DNA of 64,000 nucleotides, taken from NCBI GenBank assembly GCA_031411295.1, contig JANOAV010000181.1:33446-97445 (forward strand). Direction: 5' to 3'. Made by a program: the position numbers and the translations under genes. The notes below the pieces were generated by a model. The model was not told the DNA's origin, ran no database searches, and saw nothing but the letters and a program-made list of their open reading frames with translations. This DNA comes from Verrucomicrobiales bacterium. Lineage in GTDB: Bacteria > Verrucomicrobiota > Verrucomicrobiia > Verrucomicrobiales > V1-33. Positions 30,399 to 40,000 of this stretch are shown in pieces. Within the stretch, counting starts at the first letter, position 1; the number at the start of each line of letters is the position of its first letter.

Positions 30399-31427
30399 TT
30401 AGTTTGGTTTATGTTGCGGAATCGGGGTGATCGTTTGTGTTGTGAGCGCATCAGCAAATGGATGTGGGAATAGCCTGTTGGCAGGATAGTCCGCCAGCGC
30501 AGCTAATTCTGTTAAACTGTTGGCATTGCGATGCCCGCCCGGCCATAGTTTCCTGATTTCTTCAGGCGGTAATTCACACGAGGGCAGTCGTCCCTGCATC
30601 CATGCCTCATGGCTAATGTCCCTTAGCCATAACGCCCGGGACAAGGTGTCCTCTGGAATTACTTCCTGCTCTCCAGTCGGGGAATAGGTCCATTCTGTTG
30701 CCATGTTAGCCGCCGGCAAAGTCACGAACGGCAGCCTCCAGTAATGAGTTCCCGCAGCCCACCAACGTCGGGAAAATGCTTGCTCACCGATGTCGCTTTC
30801 GCCTTCTTCTTGTGCTGCCAGCCACCAGGCAGGCGCGTAGGCCTTCCATCGTCCGTCCGCTATGCCGTGGCCGTATTGGTGATCGATATGCCAACTGGGA
30901 TTGGCTTGGTAGAGTGAATCATCACTCACTTGTTCAATGAGCGAAGCGAACGCACGTCGGTGCACGGCGTAAGCGTGAGTGCGAGTAATGGCAGTGCCTT
31001 TTAAGAGCCTTGGATCAGCCGTGGTCCTTGGCTCGGCCATGTGCTGCCCTCCAAGGAACAGGAGATCCCAGTCATCCGGCACCAGTGACATTAGCATGCC
31101 CAGCCACTCTTGTGCTCTCTGATGGAAATGCGCGTCGTCTTCTAAAATGAGCACTGTTTCCAAACCGTCGCGCTGAGCCGCCGCTAGCACCGCTAACTGT
31201 GAGGCGCGGCAACCCCAGGCGCCAGGGCCGTTCTGCCACCACGCGGGAAGCGTGACCCGACGGCCGTCCATCGCCTCCACCCACGTGAGATCCGTGATTT
31301 CTGCTAGTCCTCGGGCCTGAAGATTTGCCGTCAGGCGTTCCCGACGGTCCGTGCGCTGTGGCAGGGAAATGACGGCTATGCGGTCGAAGTAGTCTCTCAG
31401 ACGCGGTGGGCGGGGTATTAAATTCAT
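30399..31427 (-). CDS. Glycosyltransferase family 25 protein
   Basis: VISLPQRTDRR, EAMDG, GAWGCRASQ, LILEDDA, WDLLFLGG, THAYAV; likely ATG at 31427. Confidence 0.8.
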   Translation of the reverse strand: MNLIPRPPRLRDYFDRIAVISLPQRTDRRERLTANLQARGLAEITDLTWVEAMDGRRVTLPAWWQNGPGAWGCRASQLAVLAAAQRDGLETVLILEDDAHFHQRAQEWLGMLMSLVPDDWDLLFLGGQHMAEPRTTADPRLLKGTAITRTHAYAVHRRAFASLIEQVSDDSLYQANPSWHIDHQYGHGIADGRWKAYAPAWWLAAQEEGESDIGEQAFSRRWWAAGTHYWRLPFVTLPAANMATEWTYSPTGEQEVIPEDTLSRALWLRDISHEAWMQGRLPSCELPPEEIRKLWPGGHRNANSLTELAALADYPANRLFPHPFADALTTQTITPIPQHKPN

Positions 31428-31443
31428 TTTGCTTAAGCTAGGG

Positions 31444-33843
31444 TTATTTTTTAATTCCCGCACGCCATTTCTCAGCGGCAGCTCGGCCTTCGTGCTTCTC
31501 GATAGCATCGAAGAGAAATGTTACCCAGTAATCGAGATCTGAGTCAGCTTTATCAAGGGAAGCACCTCTCAATCGGATTTCTAGAGCTGCCTCGTAGTGG
31601 TGGCGGGCCGTAGGCCAGTCATCGTCCGCAAAAAATTTTGCGCACGCCAGCGAGGAACGGCACCTGCTCATCAGATGCCCGATGTCCGTCGATGTCCGAG
31701 AGTAAATGAGGTCAAGACGCTTAGCGGCAACGCTGCGCCAGCGATGGAACTCATCCATCAGTGCGTTTTGCTTGGAGTTGTTGGCCAGGGCGCAGGCGCT
31801 TTCGATGGCAATTTGGAGCCATCCCGTATTTTGCGCGTCTCGCGCTATCAATACTGCGACCTCCTGCTCCGCGCTAGTTAGGAGCGAGAGGACTTTTGTT
31901 TGTTCCAACCCCTCTTGTCCGGCCAGACGAATGCGAGCCAACACTAGCAGCCAGCGGAATGCCGCATTCTCAGGTGCCAGCGAAATGAAACGCTGCGCCA
32001 TGGCTTCATAACGAGTCATGTGTGCTTGGGCAGCAGTATTGTCCCCCTGATTCAGCGCTACATTCAGCAACAGATAATGACATTTCAGAACCTCCCCCAG
32101 CGTGTTCTGATGACTGGCAGAGACAGGCGTCTGCTCCAGCACAGGCAGCAACAATTGCCACTTCCGCAGCGCTTCCTCAGCATAGCTCGTAACCTTGGGC
32201 AGATCCCATCGGCTGAATTCCAGATACCCCATTTCCAGCGTAAGCTGCGCATCCAAGATACGCAGGCGCTCATCGTCACTAGCCTGATCGGTAAGGTAAG
32301 AGATCGTTTCCTGTAGCACCTTCTCTGCTTCTTCATGCTGCTTTCCTTCTGTGAGCGCCTCGCCCAGGCGCCAGCCAGTGGCGACGCGGGCGCGCACGGC
32401 GGCAAGGGGCGGGCGCTTTCCTGCGATGGCGGCCAGTGCCTTGTCCATGGCTTGGCGCAGTCGTTCGATGGCGGCTAGAGTCTGCCCACGGGGACGTAAA
32501 ATTTGCGCCCACTGGGCTAGGAAATCTGCTTCGCGTGCCAGGCTCACGGGGTCCGTGCTTTGACTGATTTTATAATGCTCGGAAATATTCTGAAACACAC
32601 TATCCAACAGATCCAGCCGACCGATCGGCTCCAGGAGCGGCGGCAGTTCATGCGTCATGTATTCCATGCGATCCCCCAGATCATCCCCCTTGATGGTGAG
32701 TTCACGATTCGTGGCGGAGAGCAACTGGCCGCCTGCTGTGAGGCGTTGGTTTGCCTGCCACTGGAGCACACCGCCTGTGGCAATGCTAGCCACTAGCAGA
32801 CTGGCCAGCGTGGCCGTGGCGGGGTTCCGCTTCGCCCAGTTCCACAAATGCTCCAACTGACTAACCGGACGTGCGGTAATGGCTTTGCCTGCCAACCACA
32901 GTTGCAGATCAGCCACCATGGACGCGGCAGAAACGTAGCGTTTGCTGGGCTCGCGTGCGATTGCCTTCAGCGTGATGATTTCCAGATCCCGCGGAATTTT
33001 CGCCACCCGCTGCCGCGGAGCGATGGGCGCATTGTGTAAAATCTGACTCATCACCACCGCCGCCGATTCACCCTCGTAAAGTTTCCTGCCCGTGAGCAGT
33101 TCATAGAAAATAGAGCCCAACCCATAGACATCACTGGCCGTAGTCGTCGCCTTGGCCCCGCCTGCCACCGCCTCGGGTGCCAGGTAAGCGGGCGAGCCTA
33201 GCATTTCCGTGGACTGAGTCAGCTCACCTTCGGTCTCCGCCCATTTGGCCAAACCAAAGTCCGCCACATAGGCGTTATTCTGTTCATCAAATAACACGTT
33301 AGCCGGTTTCAGATCCCGATGCAGAATCCCCCGCTCATGCGAATACTGCACTGCTTCACCCAGTCGCACCATCAACTCCGCCACGATGCGCCACTGCCCT
33401 TGATAACTCTTTAACCGCTCTGCCAAAGTCCCGCCACTAGCCAGCCGCATGGTGAACCAAGGCCGACCCTCATCATCCTCCCCGGATGCATACAACGGCA
33501 ACAACGCTGGATGCGTGACCGCCGCCATGGCTTCAATTTCCACCAGAAAGCGCATCCGCTGACTAGCCGCCCGCAACGAATACGGAGCCACAATCTTCAG
33601 CGCCACCTCCCGAGCCGGATTCTCCTGCGTCGCCAAATAAACCACGCCCATCCCACCCCGACCAATCTCCCGCTGAATCTTGTATCCATCCACCTCCGGC
33701 AAATCATCTTCCATTTCCTCCGCAGATTCCCCAGCAATCAACCCACCCCACAAACAAACCGGACACCCGCCTCCCGGCAGGGAAGCATCCAGCTTCCCGC
33801 CGCAAGTTCGGCAGTGGGTTTGGGATGATGGGGAGTCGGACAT
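31444..33843 (-). CDS. Hanks-type Ser/Thr protein kinase with N-terminal Cys motif, TM segment and helical (TPR-like) C-terminus
   Basis: GRGGMGVVY, VALK, HRDLKPANV, DFGLAK, GSPAYLAPE, DVYGLG; N-terminal CRTCG...CPVCL. Confidence 0.92.
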   Translation of the reverse strand: MSDSPSSQTHCRTCGGKLDASLPGGGCPVCLWGGLIAGESAEEMEDDLPEVDGYKIQREIGRGGMGVVYLATQENPAREVALKIVAPYSLRAASQRMRFLVEIEAMAAVTHPALLPLYASGEDDEGRPWFTMRLASGGTLAERLKSYQGQWRIVAELMVRLGEAVQYSHERGILHRDLKPANVLFDEQNNAYVADFGLAKWAETEGELTQSTEMLGSPAYLAPEAVAGGAKATTTASDVYGLGSIFYELLTGRKLYEGESAAVVMSQILHNAPIAPRQRVAKIPRDLEIITLKAIAREPSKRYVSAASMVADLQLWLAGKAITARPVSQLEHLWNWAKRNPATATLASLLVASIATGGVLQWQANQRLTAGGQLLSATNRELTIKGDDLGDRMEYMTHELPPLLEPIGRLDLLDSVFQNISEHYKISQSTDPVSLAREADFLAQWAQILRPRGQTLAAIERLRQAMDKALAAIAGKRPPLAAVRARVATGWRLGEALTEGKQHEEAEKVLQETISYLTDQASDDERLRILDAQLTLEMGYLEFSRWDLPKVTSYAEEALRKWQLLLPVLEQTPVSASHQNTLGEVLKCHYLLLNVALNQGDNTAAQAHMTRYEAMAQRFISLAPENAAFRWLLVLARIRLAGQEGLEQTKVLSLLTSAEQEVAVLIARDAQNTGWLQIAIESACALANNSKQNALMDEFHRWRSVAAKRLDLIYSRTSTDIGHLMSRCRSSLACAKFFADDDWPTARHHYEAALEIRLRGASLDKADSDLDYWVTFLFDAIEKHEGRAAAEKWRAGIKK

Positions 33844-34004
33844 TGGGCGAAGATTAGGATAGGCATCAAGCCTCTGGCGAGGGGAATTTTCAGAAACTGG
33901 AGAGATGCGCTGTCACCCGCGTTGACGGTGGACAGCCTGCATTGCGCTAAGGTAACGGCGTGGCCTGCTGGGACATGAACTCTATGGTGGTGAGGCGGTG
34001 GGGC

Positions 34005-37000
34005 TTAAGGCTCCGAGACCCGGAGGCGCATGTATTTCTTCGGTCCGCTGACGGGAACGCTGAAGTTATGGTTGGTTCCTGCGCCAGCATCTGGGATGGC
34101 AGTCCAGTTTTGGAGGTCCGGGCTCCATTCGGCTCCGTAGGTGATGCCGCTGATGTTGGCGGGTTCGGTAAAGGTGACGGATAATTTCCCATTGGCGATT
34201 TGGATCGGAGGAATCTGGCGGCTGATGCTGCTGTTAGGATTCAGGCCGTAGGCGTATTCCAGCAAATTCGGAACGTCGTCAGCGTCGGGATCATCCTGGC
34301 TTCCGGTGCCCACGGTGGCACTGCCGAAATGAAGTGCTTTCCATTCCGCATAGCCAGTGACCACTGGCGGAGTGATGATGATGTTGAACGTCTGTGGGTT
34401 GCTGGTGTTGTTTCCCCCAAAGTCTGTGCCGCCATTGTCGGTGGCGATGACGGTCACTACCGCCGTGCCTGCGGTGTTCCCAGGCGTGAAGTTTAGCGTG
34501 CCGTCTGGACTGATGGTGGGCTGCGTGATGAAGAGCGCATTGTTGCTATTGCTGACGATGAAATTTACAGCCTGCGCAGCCTCGTTAGCCGTGCCTGGGG
34601 AAATATTTCTAACAAAGTAAGGCGTCGTTTGCGCGCCACTGCCTGCGTTGATACTGGGATTGGCAATGCCGGGGTTGGAGATATAGATTCTACCCCCATT
34701 CTCTGCGGCAATGAGCTTCGCTCCGATGGCGAGACTGCTCCAAGTGTTGTGAGTATCCACCACGCGCCTGGTGAGACCAAAGTCCTCGCTGATCTCCATG
34801 GGCCCTACGGGATCAATGAAGACAGCCCTACGGCAACCAGGCCTATCGGGGAGTAAATGGCAGCCCTCGACGACCGATCCCTTGGCTACCCGCGGCTGTT
34901 CTTGCCAATCAACTCCACCATTGAAAGTGGTGAAAAATCTGCCGTCCTCATCCGTCGCCCCAATCCCAAAGCCATCTGAGGTGACCACAATGGAATTCCA
35001 TTTGCCGTCATCGCTTCTTGCTGTCCAATTAGCGCCTGAGTCTTCTGAGGTGTAAATTTTACCAAGATAATCCACCGCGGCCAATCGTTCTCCGTTGAGG
35101 GATGAGTCGATGGCGATCCAGTTGCGAGTCGCTGCGCGTTCCGTCCATGTCACACCTGCATCGTTGGAGGTATAAATGTATCCACCTCTGACGACGGCGG
35201 CCAGCTTAAGTCCATTGGCCGAGGCGGCCAGGGCGCACCAGCGGCGGGTATATTCTCTAGCGGTCCAGTGCAGTCCTGAGTCGGTGGAAGTGTGGATTCT
35301 TCCGTCGAATTCCACCGCTGCTAGTTTGGTGCCATCAGCAGAGGACGTGAGAGAGACCCAGTTCCCGACAGGGCCATTTGGAGCCCAGGTTAGTCCGGAA
35401 TCATTGGAGACATAGATGGGACCGTTGGTGGCAGCCGCAGCGATGATGCTATTATCAAAGGAGGTGACCACGGCCTTCCAGTTACCCACGGGGCCACGGG
35501 GCGTCCAGACGTTGCCGATTTCTTCATCAATCGGTAAATCAAATTTCGGTGGGGTGTTCGGGGCAATGTAGGTGTAGAAATAATTTGTTCCATTGGTGCC
35601 AGCAGGTGTGGTGACATTGACGCTGACAGCGCCAGCGGCATGGGCTGGCACGGTGCACGTCAGGCTGGTGGCATTAATGACATTTACTCCGGTGGCCGGA
35701 GTGCCGCCGAGGCTCACACTGGTGGCTCCAGTGAGACAACTACCAGTGATGGTGACGACATTTCCGCCTGCGGTGCTGCCGGTGGCTGGGGAAATGGAGA
35801 TCACGCTAGGCAGGGTAGGCGTGACGACGATGCTGAATGTCTGCGGTGCGCTGGTATCCACGCCTCCATTGGCAGTGCCGCCGTTGTCCACGGCCGTTAC
35901 GGTCACCAGGGCGTTGCCCGCAATATTGTTTGGCGTGAAGGTCAGCGTGCCGTTTGACGTGATGCTGGGTGGCACAAGAAACAACGCGCTGTTGTTATTT
36001 GTGACGTTCAGCGCGACCGTTTGTGCAGCTTCCGAGGCGGGGCCTGGCGAGATTGCGCTGATGACATTCGTAAAGCTGGCGGGTCCGGAGCACGCGGCCA
36101 CCGTTGGCGTGATGGTCGTGGGTGCGGAGGTGTAGATGTTGGAGGCAAAGTCCACGGCGGCCAGTTTATTGCCATCTGCGGAGGAGGCAATGGCTCGCCA
36201 GTCGCGTGCTGATTCTCGTGCGGTCCAGTTGATGCCAGCATCGGTTGAGGTGTAAATTTTACCGCTAGTGGCTGCGGCAGCTAGTTTGGTGCCATCGGAG
36301 GAGGAGGCGATTGACCTCCAATAGCGGACCGATTCCCGTGGCGTCCAGTTTTGCCCTGAGTCAGTGGAGGTCCATATGTAACCGTTATACATGGTAGCCG
36401 CGAGCATCGCACCATCCGCGGATGAGGCGATGGAGGTCCAAGACGCACTGGGCGTATAAGGCTGGTGGTTCCAAGTGGCCCCTGAATCTACGGAGGTCCA
36501 TATTCCATTGGTAAAGTTCGTGGCGGCAAGTTTGGTGCCATCCGCAGAGGACGTGATGGCGGTCCATGGGTAGCCCGGCCCAGGGCCCACGGCGGTCCAC
36601 GTTAGGCCGTAATCTGTGGAGGTGTAAATGCTGCCGCCATAGTTCTGCATTGCTGCAGCCAGCTTACTGCCATCTGCGGAGGAGGTCACAGCCACCCAAT
36701 TTCCATCTGGTCCGCGTGGGGTCCAAGTGGCACCAGAGTCACTGGATACGTAGAGCAGGGAGTTATTGAGGGCGGTGCCAACGGGCGTAACCGCACCAAC
36801 GAGCCGGGTGCCATCTGCAGAAGAGGCCAGCGCGCGCCATACGCCAATTGGGGAGCCCGCAGGACTGCTCCAGGTGACTCCAGAATCGGCAGATGTGTAA
36901 ACATTACCAGCATTACCCACGACATTTCCAGCCACCAGCTTCATGCCGTCCGCAGAGGATGCCAGACTGCGCCAGCCGTTATGAATCAACTCCCGTGGCG

Positions 37001-40000
37001 TCCAAACGGTTCCTAGTTGATCTGTAGCCAGGGTGAAGCTCGGGGCTTGATTCACGAAGTTGATGCTATAAATGAACGTATCACTGGCCGTCAGCGTGCC
37101 ATCACTAACCTGGGCGGTTACCGTGCTGGAGCCAGTCTGATTGGATGCCGGAGTGAACGTGACGAGGTAGTGCCCGCCACCGGAGTGAATGAAATTGATA
37201 TTTGCGACCGGGAGCAGGGTTGGGTTACTGCTGGTAAAAGTAATGCTGACCCCGGATCCCGCATCGGGATCGGCTATATCAAAGGTGGTCCCAATGGTCT
37301 GGTTCGGGTTAGCAGATAGATCAGGAATGTTTGTGATCGTCGGTGGCTCGTTCACATTGGTGATGGCAATGGTGAAGGCTTTTTCAAAGAATAGTAGCCC
37401 GCTGTCGGTCGTGCGGACGCGGATGGCGTAGCTGTTCTTAATCTCGAAATTCGCGCTGGGGGTTATTTTCAATGCATTGCCCACAATGGTGAAACTGCCG
37501 TTATCTGTGCTGCCGGTGCCTGTGACGAGGGTGAAGGTATTGGCATCGCCTGCGTTGTCGGCGGCGGTTAGGGTTCCGACAGTGGCATTGGCCGCGTTGT
37601 TCTCTGGGATGCTGCTGGCGCTCAACGTGATGTCCGTTGGAGCTGGGTTCGAGACATTGATGACGAACGATTGTTGGGTGCTCGTATTATTTCCACCATT
37701 GAGGGTTCCTCCATTATCCACTGCGAACACGGTCACTGTAGCGGTGCCAGGCGTAGCCCCTGGCGTGAACGAAAGATTACCATTGGCAGCAATGGTCGGC
37801 GGCACGCTGAAAAGGGCATTATTATTGTTAGCGACCGTGAAACTTACCACCTGCGAGGCCTCATCCGCGGGACCAGGGGAAATGGCGGTAGCAATCGCTA
37901 ATGGAGGAAACGCACCAGAATTGGCGACCGCCGTGACCACCGCAGTGCTCAGCGTAAAGCTCGGGGCATCGTTTACAGGTGTCACGGTAAGCACGAAAGA
38001 ATCCGTAGCGGTGAGTGTGCCATCGCTGACCTGGACTGTAATGGTGCTCGTGCCGCTCAGATTGGCTGCGGGTGTCAGCGTGATCGTGCGGTTGGTGCCC
38101 GTGCCGCCGAACGCAATGTTGGCCACTGGGATCAGTGTGGGGTTGCTGGAGGTGGCGCTGAGCGTGAAGGTAGTGCCAGCATCAGGATCAGCCACCGTAA
38201 AGGCAATGGCCGGTGTTGCGATGTCTTCATTGGTCACTTGATTCGCCATGTCGCTAATGCTCGGTGCTTCGTTGACGTTAGTTACCGTGATCGTGATGGC
38301 CTGCGTGTCATTGAGGACAGGCACGCCGTTGTCCGTGGCTGTTACGGTAAGCGCGTAAGTGTTTCCATGGGCACCTTCAAAGTCCGGCGCAGCGATAAAT
38401 GTCAGCACGCCAGTGCTGGAATTCAGATTGAAGAGCGCGGCATCGGTGCCGGATTTGGTGTAGGTCAACGTCTGCGCGGGCAGGTCGGCATCGGTGGCGG
38501 TTACGGTAGTTACGGCAGTAGTGTTTTCCGCAATGCTGATGGAGGCGGTTGCTCCTGCGCCATTGCTCGTGATGACGGGGGCGTCGTTGAGGTTGGTGAT
38601 GGAAATGGTGAAAACTTTTTCAAAGGTGCCGCCTCCGTTGTCTGTGGCGCGGATGCGGATAGAGTAACTGTTCTTGGTCTCGAAATCCGCGCTGGACGTG
38701 AGTTTCAGGGCGTTTCCCGTGATCGTGAAACTCGCATTGTCAGTGCTGCCTGTGCCCGTTGCCAGGCTGAAGGTATTCGTATCTCCCACGTTGTCCGTGG
38801 CTGCTAGGGTGCCCACCGTGGCATTGGCTGCGTTGTTCTCCGCAATGCTGCTAGCACTGAGCGTGATGTCGGTGGGAGCCGGGTTCGAGAACGTGATGGT
38901 AAACGTCTGGGATGCGCTGGTGTCATTTCCGCCATTGGCGGTGCCTCCATTGTCCACGGCAATGACGGTCACGGTCGCTACACCGACGGTGCTTCCAGGG
39001 GTGAACGTAAGTTCTCCTAGTGGATTGATCGTTGGCTGGAAGTTAAAGAGCGCGTTGTTGCTATTCGTGACGGTAAAGCTCACATTCTGCGGGGCTTCAT
39101 TCGCTGGGCCGAAGGAGATCCCGGCCAAGAAGGAAAACGGACCGCTCACGAGGCCATTCGTAGTCGCACTCACATTGGGGCTGGTGATGACGAAGCTCGG
39201 CGGATCGTTGACGGGATTGACGGTGAACACAAAGGTGTCCGAGGCCGTAAGCGCGCCATCGCTCACTTGGACTGTAATGGTGCTAGTGCCGCTCTGATTA
39301 GCTGCGGGTGCCAGGGTGATCGTGCGGTTGGTGCCCGTGCCGCCGAACGCAATGTTGGCCACTGGGATCAGTGCTGTGTTGCTCGAGGTGGCGCTGAGCG
39401 TGAAGGTAGTGCCAGCATCAGGATCAGCCACCGTAAAGGCAATGGCAGAGGTGGCGGTGTCTTCATTGGTCACTTGATTCGCAATGTCGCTAATGCTTGG
39501 TGCTTCGCTGACGTTAGTTACCGTGATCGTGATGGCCTGCGTGTCATTGAGCACAGGCACGCCATTGTCAGTTACAGTGATGGTGAGCGTGTAGGTGTTG
39601 CCATGGGTGCCTTCGAAATCAGGAGCAGCGATAAATGTGAGCACGCCGGTGCTGGCATTCAGATTGAAGAGCGCAGCATCCGTTCCAGATTTCGTGTAGG
39701 TCAATACTTGCGCAGGCAAGTCAGCATCGGTAGCGGTCACGGTCGTGACTGCGGTCGTATTTTCTGCAATGCTGATGGTCGCAGTCGCTCCCGCTCCATT
39801 GCTGGTGATGACCGGGGCGTCGTTCACGTTTGTGACGGTGATCGTAAGTGCCTGGGTGTCATTTAACGGAGTCCCGCCATTGTCAGTGACCGTCACGGTG
39901 ACGGAGTAGGTATTTCCATGAGCACCTTCGAAGTCGGGCGCTGCGATGAATGTGAGCACGCCTGTGCTGGAGTTCAGATTAAAGAGCGCGGCGTCGGTGC

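Noticed and set aside
33909..33937. Imperfect hairpin between the adhesin and kinase genes
   Set aside because: Short interrupted stem, no U-tract and no second copy in the window.
38030..39560. Diversity-generating retroelement TR/VR pair
   Set aside because: Both copies are in-frame modules of one ORF, mismatches are not adenine-specific, and no reverse transcriptase is present.
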